Below, piece after piece: positions 14,163-26,312 of a DNA stretch of 64,000 nt (position 1 is its first letter; each line of letters opens with the position of its first letter). The DNA is from Owenia fusiformis (Eukaryota), in NCBI GenBank assembly GCA_903813345.2, contig CAIIXF020000001.1, forward strand, positions 17,174,001 through 17,238,000, in the 5' to 3' direction. The notes below the pieces were generated by a model. The model was not told where the DNA came from and made no database searches. It saw nothing but the letters and a program-made list of their open reading frames with translations. The translations under genes were made by a program, and so were the position numbers.

Positions 14163-14869
14163 CAGAGTGTGTTTGTTGAATCTGTATAAAACTTGAATGA
14201 TATACCACATGATGACCCTGTTTATGAACATGTTGTGATTAAACATGCTAATGTTGATTGACATACAAATAATCCACGGTTTTAAAGAATTTTAGCATTG
14301 CATCTATGGACATTTGGCCCAACTTTTTTTAAATTGTCATAGAAAATTATTCAAATTACATAACTGTGTAAATCAAAGCTATTTTAGGAGAAAACATTCC
14401 ACTGAATTCAAATATACCATTTAAAAGAAGGTAATGTAAGTCATTAGAGGTCTAATATGCAAGTCTCTTAAAATCTCACGAAAAACGAGATTTAGCGAGA
14501 TTTCAAAAGCTATATGGAAACTATACTATTATGTGCATCTTTTTGCCCCATAAGTTCTTTCAGTAACTCATTTATATGCCCAAGTATCATGTATAACAGT
14601 TCCCTTGGTTCCTTATTTCTATGCCCTGTTTCCCCTCATGTCCCCTCATGCATATGCCTCATCAGCCATGTCATCCGTTGGTTCCTCTTTTATATGGCCT
14701 TTGTGTATTGTATGTTCCCAATATCCTTGACCCTCCTGTTTACTTCATCAATTCTCTCAGTTTAATTGTTCTCACTCTGTTTATTGTTCACTTGTGCTGC
14801 ACAGGACCCTGTCCTAGAAACTGAATTGTAGAGTGAGTATTTGAGAGTTCTATGTTGTGATCCAGGTTT

Positions 14870-15070
14870 AATTTTGTGACCACCCTTTCCATGGTTGATA
14901 TTATGACCACCCTTTTGATGGTAAATATTATAACCACCCTTATGATGATAAATATTATGACCACCCATTAACGATAAATATTGCAACAACCATTTTGATT
15001 GTCAAAATTAGGACCACCATTTTATGATGAATATTGTGACCAGCATTTTCAGTAATAAATGTTGTAACCA
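14870..15070. repeat. About 30-bp minisatellite
   Basis: Recurrent ATATTATGACCACCCTTT core. Confidence 0.75.
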
Positions 15071-15691
15071 GCTTAATCGTATTATAATTTTTTCATTTGG
15101 ATTGTATCATTTTTTGTTGGAATAATATTAGAGTGTCCTGAAATAGGGTCCTAAAAAGTTTGGTACCAGTACACTGTAATCTGCCTACCAACACTATTAA
15201 GTTCATCTGTCGTAGTTTCTTTTTTTGTTATGAATTATTTTTAGTTCTGTTTTAGATGCCATTCATTTTGTATTATTGTAGAATTGTGCTTGTACAGTAT
15301 ATGTTTTGCTGTCCGTTCTAAACAGAGGTGTTTGGAGACAAAAAACCCTTCACATTTGTTTTCACATTTTCACATTTATTTTCACATTTCATTTATTTTG
15401 CTTCAGTGTCACATGCTTGGATGAACGCACTGTGTAGATGATTAGATCCATCAAAAATACCATTTTTATTTGGAATGTTTTAGCTAGATTTGTTGTAATG
15501 TGATACCAAATTATTATATAGCATTACATGTAAATAGAAAGCTTGTATTGAAAATGTATTGATAACTAATAAAATGAATGATAGATGACTAGTATGCATT
15601 TTAAATAAATGAATTAATAACCATTTGGAATGTTATAATATGCATGTGGCCTGCATGGAACTTACGGTATGTGTTTGTCTTTTCACTTTAG

Positions 15692-15726
15692 GCCTTCAAA
15701 AGACGCAAGATGCCACCTTCTCCCAG
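15692..15726 (+). CDS. KANK: KANK-like penultimate mini-exon (short basic tail)
   Basis: ttttcactttag|GCC TTC AAA AGA CGC AAG ATG CCA CCT TCT CCC AG|gtatgc = AFKRRKMPPSP(S); phase 0 in, phase 2 out. Confidence 0.7.
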
Positions 15727-16620
15727 GTATGCATGTACTCATCATTATGAAATAATACAACATATATATTGCACATAAAGCCTCATGGTCGTGATGTTTT
15801 TGAAGGTCTTAGATATAATTCCCAACTTTGATATGATATTATTTCTGTGATTGAGAAAATAAGATGGTTTCATATATGAATTGAATGTGCTATATAAAAT
15901 GTAAAAGGAGAATCCTTAATGATCCTTATTCAGCACATTTAGTGTACTCGTATCATCTTGTATGTGATGCAACATTTGACATGTTATACACTGTAGAACT
16001 AGAATATTTCATACTGTGCATGTATATTCAATAAATATGCTATCCCATGAGGTTTTATCAAATGCAATATTACTAACTCAAATTCATTAGCATAGTTTAT
16101 ATTCTTAACTGTGATTTATAGAATTGAGAGTCATTTGAAATAGAATACATCTAAAGTAGAATAAATGTTGCACGTGCATTTTGCAAATAATAGAAAAAAA
16201 GATTCTAATTTTGAGATTATTTGGTTTGATTTGATTTGATAATACTGTGATGCATTAATCTGTGTGTAATCTTGTCTCCTACATCCTTTGTCCTCAAATC
16301 ATTCTGGAAATGTGACCAATGTGATCAAGTACTTAATTACTTTCTGTCCTCATTGGTTTCTCCTCTTTCTAAATTAAAGACTTCCCTCCCCTCCTATTCT
16401 GTAACAATACTAATGAGTCACATCTTGATCCGTCAAGATATTTCTTATGACTGAAGGAATACACTGTTTTAACAGTATGAATGAGAACCATCTAGTACAT
16501 GTAGTAAGCTTGCATTATCAAAATGGTTTTACAGGACAAAGATATGCATTTTATTTGCATTTCATTTTGTACATTTTGTATTGAGTCATGAAATATGATT
16601 GTTATATTCATCTCTTTCAG

Positions 16621-16636
16621 CCCAATTAGGAGGTAG
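16621..16636 (+). CDS. KANK: KANK-like final coding exon (short isoform)
   Basis: tctctttcag|C CCA ATT AGG AGG TAG completes ...PSPSPIRR*; phase fits the 15692..15726 exon. Confidence 0.65.
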
Positions 16637-16895
16637 CACAATCAATGATGAGCAGCTATAAATATGATGCAAGATGACTGGGCTCTTCTTGATGTGAAGG
16701 CTCTATTAGGAGAGAAGGCTCTGGTTGAAGAATGGGCTCTATCAAAAGAAAAGGGCTCTGTTAAAAGAAAGACATTTGATTTAGACCTGGAATCCTAAAT
16801 CAATGTTCAAAAGAGACCAATATGAAAGAACGGGGCCCTAAACACGGACACATTGATTACAAGGGTCATTTTTGGCTCATATTCAAATCACAATA

Positions 16896-17015
16896 CAGTA
16901 AAACCTGTCTGAAGGGAACACCTGTTGACACAGGAGTCCACAGAACATCCATTTCCTTAGAAATAGGAATAAATATCTCACTATAAAAAGGTGTTCACTG
17001 ATACAGGTTTTACTG
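16896..17015. mobile_element. pogo/Tigger-like MITE in the probable KANK 3'UTR
   Basis: TA|CAGTAAAACCTGT...ACAGGTTTTACTG|TA. Confidence 0.8.
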
Positions 17016-19386
17016 TATTGAATGCACAACATGAAATATTGATATATCGCATTGCGTTGTTGAACACACACACACACACACAGACATATGTAAGTTACAC
17101 TGCTGAAACGTTTCAGAACATACAAATATTTATAGAAATTGCCTTAATAAATCACTGCTAAGAATGCACAATTACTTTTTGAAAATTAAAAAAAAATCAG
17201 ATATGTTTACAAATAGCTGTGGCTCTGGTATCAAACGTGAAATTAACATTGAGATATGGTCTGAAGTGATATGCTCTAGAATGATATGGTCTGTGATTGT
17301 GCAGTAAAAGAAGGTTAGGGTATGACTAAAACCAGATACAACTTATTCATTGCAAATATTATTATATCATTTTATTAAAATCTTATGATGTATATTATTA
17401 TTATCATATGGTAAAAGGGATAATGTAAATATGAGCATGAATGCTCGAAATGCTTGATTTGTAAAAATTGTTTATTTAAAACACCAAGCAAATCATTTAG
17501 ATTTGAAATACACTGTTGTTCAATGTTATTCACTCATATATACTCTGGGTCTATTGGATAAAAGACAAAGTATTCATTATGTTGATTGATATAAGTGTTT
17601 TCCTTCAGTTACGTTTGATTACAATTATTGACAAGAGGTGGAGCTTTCCCAGAAGTCATTACTAGCTTAGGGTTAATGAATCATGGGATTGAAATTCTCA
17701 CTTGGTGCAATTCTGTGTTTTACTGTAGATACACCAGAGATTAAGAGTGTTTTAAGACAGATAAGAAAGAAAGTTTGTTTGAGTCTGTTCTTGAACTCAA
17801 GTTGAAATATACCTCTAGTCAAATAGAAGATATCGAGATATCATCAACATGTGCCTTTTTGATACAATTGTTTTTGACAATAATGCCATCCATTGTACCT
17901 GCTGATCACTAGAATACACCATTTCTAGTGTTGCTCAAATAAATTGTCAATATCTTTTGATATTATGTTTTTCAATGGTGAAGTCAAGCAGTCACCAGCA
18001 TTTAACGACTTCAATATGATCAAAGCAGTTAATTTTTCTTGAATTTCCCAGCTTAAGGCTATTGCATTGATCATTGTTGCGAGCATGCTATATATAAAAA
18101 AATAATTTGCTAGCTTGACGTAGTCTGCTTTTACATTTTCAAAAGCTAAAGATAGGCAATGTGCAGGAAAGTGTTACATCACCAATGTTCTATGCCCCGT
18201 GAATTGTTCAGGGGGAGGGGGCACAGGGGAATTGAATCGACTGTACAGGTGTGAGTTGAGTATTGGGGGCCTTGATATCAAAAGTTTTACAGACAATAAA
18301 TTGTACCATTGCAATAAAAAGATCAGTTGAATGTTTAAATCAGAGAGAATATCTTTTGGGAAATGAGTCTTCAGATACATGTAGCATATATTTAGTGTTA
18401 TTCGTTGTATCCCACTAATGTTACGCATTAAGTCTGAGAATTATTATGGATGGTAATGTGACACTTTATCCTTATTGCTTTCACATCTAAAATATGGCAT
18501 ATGGGAAAATTGATAGACAGCGCAGTTTTCTCATTATTGAGGAATACTTTGAAGAGTTGGATATTTGGAAGAGCTAAAAAAGGAAGAGCTTCGGTAGAGC
18601 TTCTGTAGCTTGAATGTTAAGATGTCCTTGTTGGATATTGAACACCATTATGGCATCTTATTTCTGAGCTGGCGAGATACATTTGATTTCAAAAGGTGCT
18701 TTAAAATGTTAAAATATATATATGTAAATAATAAAACTTGTATATATGCATGTACATGTAGACACTTATTTCACTTTGTAGTCTTGGGATCAGAATTATA
18801 ATGTACATTTACGTCCATCTTTATTTGTCATTTATAAATAGCACATGTTAAATTTTAAATTGTGTAAATTCATATTATTGACAATAAATCTATTTTGATT
18901 TTCGCAAACATTTTAGATTCACTTTTATTTTATTTTATTTAAAAAATGTGAAATTTAAAGAGCCAAAATTAAATCTGTCTGTTTTTTAATGTTATATGTG
19001 AATAATGGTGTAAGCATTATTTTTTCTTATTTATTATTGTGTATAGTATAACTGTTGCTTGTCATGTATGCAAACATATATTGTCAAGGCCATCTCAAAT
19101 TAATTCTCTGATTAGAAGTCATTGGACTGAGAATTCTGTAAAAGATGAAACATTAAACAGAGAATTAATTTTGGTGGTCTATGTCCTAGCATAATGTTGT
19201 ATTTTAGCTTGACTGCTTACAAATTCTTAGTTGAAAATTGAATTAAACTCAATGTTTTTTAGAACAATAGAAGATTAGAGACATTCTGAAGTTTTTTAAC
19301 TGTTTCAACCAAATTGCATTTTAATTGAATGATGGATTCAGCATTCTGCAATATTATGTACCAAATTAATAGGCATTTAATGTGTA

Positions 19387-19587
19387 CAGTGATCTCCCCA
19401 GCATTAAAGCAAGTGGGTGCGGCACCCACCTGAGATTTTGAAAATAGGCTTGCACCCACCTGAAAATCCAAATGCACCCACTTGAAAATGAGAAAAATCA
19501 TGAAGCATATTTTGAGCATATTTTGGTCTGAATTGTGAAAATGAGAATTTTGCACCCTCTTGAGAAAAAATCCTGTGGAGATCACTG
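19387..19587. mobile_element. hAT-like MITE with a 5-bp flanking duplication
   Basis: GTGTA|CAGTGATCTCC...GGAGATCACTG|GTGTA; internal GCACCCAC repeats. Confidence 0.75.
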
Positions 19588-20540
19588 GTGTATTTTCTGT
19601 TGGTATTTTGCCGTCTTCTCATAAAAAACATATGCAGTGAGTATCAATTTCTTATTTATACCAAAAGGTTTACCAGTGTAATTGTAATATTCATTTACTC
19701 AACAGGGATTTGGAGGCTATGCAAATATACATTTTGTAACAACCAACGAATGAAGTTTTGTTTTTTGAATATTCATGTAAAAGGTAGATGATTTTCAGGA
19801 CTACCAACTACCACCTGTCATTTGTTACAGATGTCAAACACTGGACACCATCTTGAAAATCTTGTCTTGAAGTATCAGCATATAAAATCCGTTTACTGGC
19901 GTTTGAGTTATCAAAGATTACCACTGAGCTATAGGACAAGTGAGTGAGCTAAAGAAACAAGTCTCTTCCTCTTATATCCAACCCTCTCTACATCAACAGC
20001 TTATAAGCTATATATGGAGGGAGAGATACACAGACCGACATAATGCTTGATACCTGAAATTGCAGTTTATTATGTGAAATAGGCAGTATACACACACTAA
20101 CATAACATTAACTTTACATTTTTTAAACTTTTTTTTTATTTATTTCTGGTCCTCGCTCCAAGCAGTATAAATATCATCTTGTGAACAGTGTGGCATCAAC
20201 ACTTTGATTATATTGAATGAAAGCACTTTTTGAATATCACAATTCTGAGTCATTTCAACCCAGTTATCTTGCTTCTATGTATAAAACACCAACGTGCCAA
20301 TAAATAATTATAATTAACTGTCAACTAAAATCAATTATCCTCAAATCACAAGGCTCCAAAATCCAGAATACCTGAATGAGGAACACATTTTGTAGCCTTG
20401 TGTTTAGAGGATGAAATAAATATAATATACTAAATAAACTCTGTGAGTTCCTTTTTAGGAACCAATGCAACTCTAGATTTGATCATTTTTTCATATTCGA
20501 GAAAACAATGACTCAATTGGTTTCTAGAAATCATAAGTTA

Positions 20541-20680
20541 TGCCTGGGTCACATTTTCTCCGATCCATCGGGCGGCGCCCGGCCGATTGAGTGTTTTGTT
20601 CAATATTGTATTCAATTTTGAACGAAATACTCAATTGGCCGGGCGCTGTAGTGAAAATTGGAGAAAATGTGACCAAGGCA
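20541..20680. mobile_element. Harbinger/Tourist-like MITE, copy 1
   Basis: TTA|TGCCTGGGTCACAT...ATGTGACCAAGGCA|TTG; GC-rich palindromic body; near-identical to 31642..31780. Confidence 0.85.
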
Positions 20681-23071
20681 TTGCTCATACCAAAAATGGA
20701 CCCCTGGATAACAAATACAGCAGCAGTAAGCATGTATTGTACATGTAGCATACACATTGTATATGTAAGCATACAAATATTGTATATGGAAGCATACATA
20801 TTGTACATGTCCATTCTCTAAATGTGAGCCTATAACATTCCAAGGTTGCCATATTGTAAATGTATACCTCAATATTGTACAAATTATACACAAAGAAAGA
20901 GTACATGTAAGGAAAATGTTTTACATGTTCTTGCTTTCTCAGATGTAGATACCTATACCGAATCTGAAAAACAAATATAATATCACTCAAAGGTATTTAA
21001 ATATCAGACTCGTGTGTTAAGCACACTGCATGCAATAAACTATAAACATAAACAAAATAAAATGGGTTTCAAATATTTTCCAAAAAGTATCTAGTAATTT
21101 CAAACAAATTAACTCACTTGGTTAAATCCAAAATGAGAAATAACATTTATAAATGTAAATAAAAAGAAAATCAATCATCAAATTGTCAAGTTTCATTTGA
21201 CGAAAATACTTAAAAATCAACGAAAAACTATTTTGATTACAAATGTAAAAATAATCTCAAGTGAAACTCGTAATTACCATATTTGGGCATCCTTTAAGTT
21301 GAAAGTCCCAGCCCTAAATGTCTCTAACTTAATTATTAAATCCATTTTTGTATCTTCCAGGGTGAATAAATATTTGGTGGGCATCCCTGAGAATTGACCA
21401 GTTAAATATTGTTGCACTGTGGGAACCATTAATAATAAGATGATACCAAGTAAAACAATATAATTTTACTGCATTTGACTATACAAGTAAACTACAAGTA
21501 GTAGTTATTTACAAAACTTATCACAGAGAGCAGTCTTGGCAGTTAAATAAGTTGAAATGATGTACAAAACATAAACATATATTTAGAAGGCTTATGAACT
21601 TGGCAATACCAGTGTCCTTCTCTTTTCTCAACTTTTAGGGGGAGGGGGGGGGGGGTAGAGTACAATGGATACAGCTGAGTTGAGAGTAATGGCTCAGTCA
21701 AATTTGATCTATGGCAACCATTTGGATTTGCAGCTGTAGCTTTCAAAAATCAAGAGAAATATGCAGCATAAAATATAGGGATAAGCAGTACGAAGTAGAT
21801 TTATTGAAGTACATGTAGATCTATAGAAGTAGATCTATATCAATTTTGTGAAGTTACAGCCGCCATATGCTGGCCGTAGAGCAAATGTGACAGAGGCTTA
21901 AGTTTTGAACAATATATACTAATACAGGTATATATTTTTCGCGCTCTTCTATTCATTAATGCCTATTTTCTAAAAAGTTCAAATGTGCCAACTTTATTTC
22001 AGGATAAATGGAATTTATAATATCCTGTTTTTTCCATTCTCATGAATTTGAATAATTTAAAACAGATTAATAACAAATTAATACACACGTTACTACATCA
22101 CACTTCTGCACTTTAAGAACCAACTGTGTAGTCTAATTTAGAGACACTACTCTTTGTCTTAGCTGTGCTTTCCCTATTACTGAAACAGAATGAAATCACC
22201 TGTTCTTTTATCAGATTCTATTTATAACTTGTTTTTATCTAAGATGAAGAAGATTTCATATAAAACTACACTACATGTTATACCATTTGCAAACTTAACA
22301 AAATAATATATAATATTTACTATTTAAATACTTTATATTCATTGAACATTGATTTCTTCATCACAGGTATTTTTGTTGCATGGCACAGTACTGCTTCTCA
22401 AATGTATCAAAACAAATAATCCACTTGAGTGCTTGTCATTTACAGTGTATAAAAACAAAAAGCAAATAATATCAAAGTGGTTAACAACTGCACATGACTC
22501 TAACATCTGTACAATACATGTATCCATACAAAATATAAAATATGATTTGAACATTGTATGGGTCTTACATATACGTTTTGCAACCAGTTGTCTGATATTT
22601 CATTGTTCATTGATGCTGATAGTTTAAACAGAATAGTGGCTATGTGGAACACCCTGACTTCACAGCTCAAACCATTTATAACACTTGTCTTATACAAATG
22701 TTTGGGTCATGTGGAAATATAAAACTAAAAAAATTATATCAACACTACAGAATGGTCCAATACTAATATCATGGTTTGTTCAGATGATATGTTTTCCCAT
22801 AATCAGTGGTCATTGTGTATTAAATCTAAAGCAGGTAACTAGTAGGGTTAGGAAAGCTTCATTTCTACTGGTTTATATATGATGTGTCAATCCCCATTGT
22901 AATTAGAACTAATTTGGACATGTAAATCATTTCACAGCAATACTATTTTAGCAGGGACACAGAAAGGCCAACTCTTCTTCTAAAATTTTCTAGTTTTCTA
23001 CCATCCTTCCAGTGACTATGAAGGCTATTTTCTCAGGCCTTAAATTGGGTTTGCCTTTATACTATGGTTTC

Positions 23072-23290
23072 CTACGCAAGGGTTCCTCCATATACATCAT
23101 TACTGTAGTCTCTCACTTCTCTCCGTCCTTCATCATTTGAGCTACTATTCAACTGCCTGTTGTGAAGATATTTCAACTGTTTCTTTGTAAGGTTCAGAGG
23201 GTTTGCCTGTTGGGTCTGATCCTCCTCTGCTGTAGGAGTGGTTGCGTCAGAGACGGGTCCCCTGCCATTTCCTGCAGTGCTATCAACAGC
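23072..23290 (-). CDS. SLCO5A1: SLCO/OATP terminal coding exon (cytosolic tail)
   Basis: tcttttccag|GCT GTT GAT...CTT GCG TAG, 73 codons, phase 0 as required; total spliced CDS is 2559 nt (about 852 aa). Confidence 0.75.
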   Translation of the reverse strand, partial: AVDSTAGNGRGPVSDATTPTAEEDQTQQANPLNLTKKQLKYLHNRQLNSSSNDEGRREVRDYSNDVYGGTLA

Positions 23291-23944
23291 CTGGAAAAGA
23301 TATATACTATGAGATTATATTGTATTTTATTTGTAGTATTGGTTCCCCTCTCCACCATCCATCCAAAATCAGAATGTGACCGAGTCTGTTATGGGAAGGG
23401 GGTAAAACAAGACTTATTATTAGAGGAGTTTCGCACAGTGTTTTTTGCTCAACACATTTACAATCTGCAGCACATTCACCAGATTTATGTGTACAGTAGT
23501 AGTTCAATTAAAACAAGATGCTATTGTGAATATATTTTAGCCCATTATAACTTGTATAAAACCTCTCTAATGTAATGTGTGATGTTATGTTATATATGTG
23601 TTATTGTCAAATTACCATATGTTTCTTTACTAATATGGAAATGAATGGCACTGTCGATAAATTATAGATAAAATGTGAATGATGATAATTAGGGCATGAT
23701 AACTCAATATTATATTAACTTGTCAAGATGTGCAAAATATGGATGAGATCAAAGGGGTTTACTAATTTGCCCTTGATTGTCTTTTTGTACCAAAACATAA
23801 ATAAAAACATAAATGAGCCTGTGTTAAAGATGAGATTTCAAGAGAACATTGAAAATGGTGAACATAGGTTGACTAGATACTATGGCAACACATACAATGA
23901 ATGTGCGTAGTTATATTTTGTGCAACAAAATCTTGGCAAAATCT

Positions 23945-25402
23945 ACAAGGCATTAACATGACAAAATGTCACCACCTCAAACAATTTGGTCAATTTAAAG
24001 CAAGTTGGAAAATACCTTTTGACCTTAAGAAGAACTTCTGAGAACATGTAGATGATTTTGAAAAAAAAATTAGTCAATTTGAAGCAAGTTGAAAAAAGAC
24101 CTTTTTGACCTTGAGAAGGTCATTGAAGGTCAAAGGTCAAATCTTAAGTCAGATATGAACTTCTGAGAACTTGTAAAGTCAAATTTGAACTTCTGAAAAG
24201 ATGTAGATGATTTTGAAAAAACAAATTTGGTCAATTTGAAGCAAGTTGAAAAAAGACCTTTTTGACCTTTTTTGACCTTGAGAAGGTCATTGAAGGTCAA
24301 ATGTCAAATCTAAAGTCAAATCTAAAGTCATATTTGAATTTCTGAGAACATGTAGATGATTTTGAAAAATTTTTTTAGTCAATTTGAAGCAAGTTGAAAA
24401 AAGACCTTTTTGACCTTTTTTGACCTTGAGAAGGTCATTGAAGGTCAAATGTCAAATCTAAAGTCAAATCTAAAGTCATATTTGAATTTCTGAGAACATG
24501 TAGATGATTTTGAAAATTTTTTTTAGTCAATTTGAAGCAAGATGAAAAAATACATTTTTGACCTTTTTTGACATTGAGAAGGTCATTGAAGGTCAAATGT
24601 CAAATCTAAAGTCAGATTTGAATTTCTGAGAACGTGTAGATGATTTTGAAAAAAAAATTTAGTCAATTTGAAGCAAGTTGAAAAAAGACCTTTTTGACCT
24701 TTTTTGACTTTGAGAAGGTCATTGAAGGTCAAATGTCAAATCTTAAGTCAAATCTTAAGTCAAATCTAAAGTCAGATTTGAATTTCTGAGAACACGTAGA
24801 TGATTTTGAAAATTTTTTTTAGTCAATTTGAAGCAAGTTGAAAACAGACCTTTTTTGACCTTGAGAAGGTCATTGAAGGTCAAATGTCAAATCTTGAGTC
24901 AAATCTTAAGTCAGATTTGAATTTCTGAGAACACGTAGATGATTTTGAAAAAAAAATTCAGTCAATTTGAAGCAAGTTGAAAACAGACCTTTTTGACCTT
25001 TTTTGACCTTGAGAAGGTCATTGAAGGTCAAATGTCAAATCTAAAGTCAGATTTGAAGGTCAAATGTCAAATCTAAAGTCAGATTTGAATTTCTGAGAAC
25101 ATGTAGATGATTTTGAAAAAAAATTTAGTCAATGTGAAGCAAGTTGAAAAAAGACCTTTTTGACCTTGAGAAGGTCATTGAAGGTCAAATGTCAAATCTA
25201 AAGTCAGATTTGAACTTCTGAGAACATGTAGATGATTTAGAAAAAAATTGAAGTCAGTCTAAACAGTATTTGTTAAGTTATAGGAAGTTGTAAGAAATTG
25301 TTACAGACGCCGGACGCCAACCTCCAACCGCCGGACGCCAACCGCCGTCGCAAAAAAAACGGAGACCATAACAATATGTCACCACTTTTGGTGGTGACAT
25401 AA
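23945..25402 (-). mobile_element. Helentron-type non-autonomous element (HINE/DINE-like) with a central satellite array
   Basis: On -: TT, ATGTCACCAC-caaaa-GTGGTGACAT stem-loop, GGCGTCC-type microrepeat, central tandem array, GTGGTGACAT subterminal repeat, then ...TAATGCCTTGT end. Confidence 0.8.
23985..25260. repeat. Satellite-like tandem array, about 9 units of roughly 130-170 bp
   Basis: Repeats of TAGTCAATTTGAAGCAAGTTGAAAAAAGACCTTTTTGACCTTGAGAAGGTCATTGAAGGTCAAATGTCAAATCTAAAGTCAGATTTG... Confidence 0.95.
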
Positions 25403-25473
25403 TAATAAGACATATGCGCAGCATATCCAATTGCCTCATGGGACAGGGTTGAGAATTATAACATGTTATTTAC

Positions 25474-25571
25474 CATAGCTCCGTCAGAGTTATTTTTAAG
25501 TTGTGTCTTCACAATGATCCAGACACTGAGGAAGAACATCATGGCAACAAACTTCAGGCCAGCTGTAACAC
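25474..25571 (-). CDS. SLCO5A1: SLCO/OATP exon, last transmembrane helix
   Basis: tttttatag|GT GTT ACA...GCT ATG|gtaaat; GVTAGLKFVAMMFFLSVWIIVKTQLKNNSDGAM. Confidence 0.88.
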
Positions 25572-25943
25572 CTATAAAAACAAAGCATAAACTGCACTAC
25601 CATGGCAACAAACTCCAAGCCACATGTTACACCTGCAATAATAAACCACATGTACACTACCATGGCAACAAACTTCAGGCCACTTGTAACACCTACAATA
25701 ATAAAGCACATACTGCACCAGCATGGCATTACAAACTCCAAGCCACATGTTACACCTGCAATAATAAACCACATGTACAATACCATGGCAACAATCTCCA
25801 AGCCACATGTTACACCTGCAATAATAAACCACAAGTAAAATACCATGGCAACAAAATTCAGACCACCTGTTACACATGCAATAATAAACCACATGCACCA
25901 TGGCAACAAAATTCAGACCACCTGTTACACCTGCAATAATAAA
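25540..25943. repeat. About 60-bp tandem repeat (7 units) derived from an SLCO intron/exon boundary
   Basis: Units CATGGCAACAAA(C)TCCAAGCCACATGTTACACCTGCAATAATAAA...; spacings 61, 60, 63, 60, 60, 55. Confidence 0.95.
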
Positions 25944-26183
25944 GTACCTAAGGCCACATCATATGGCTGTAAAAAATACATACTGTTACAGCAACAAACA
26001 TAATGCAAATACCTAATTTATAATGGATTTTCTATTGAATATATTGACAACCTTGGTAGTACGTATAATGACTGACTGCGAAGAATTTCTTGTATGAAGC
26101 AGTTCAACAAAATAGTGGGACAAAACTCTTTTAGAATAACAAAAAATTATTACTATTAAAGTAAAGTAAAGTTTTCGACATAC

Positions 26184-26312
26184 CTAAATATTTGTATCTA
26201 AAGTTGACAATGTCATACATCAGGCAGTTTCCATTAATGTTACACTGTTTACGCCATAGGAGGCATGTAGTGTCGATGACATTACCAAACATGATAGGAG
26301 CAGGAATGTAGC
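26184..26312 (-). CDS. SLCO5A1: SLCO/OATP exon (after the 19.5-kb intron)
   Basis: ttccag|GC TAC...TTA G|gtatgt; GYIPAPIMFGNVIDTTCLLWRKQCNINGNCLMYDIVNFRYKYL. Confidence 0.95.

Noticed and set aside
20524-20990. Cluster of overlapping 76-101 aa ORFs
   Set aside because: Explained by a MITE plus TACATATTG-type low-complexity sequence; no recognisable protein
23985-25260. Regularly spaced repeats as a CRISPR-like array
   Set aside because: Eukaryotic context, no unique spacers, no cas genes; it is a tandem satellite
25463-25939. Plus-strand Cys/His repeat ORFs (YHGNKLQATCYTCNNKPH) resembling zinc knuckles
   Set aside because: Antisense translation of the exon-derived 60-bp repeat; several frames are open simply because the unit lacks stops
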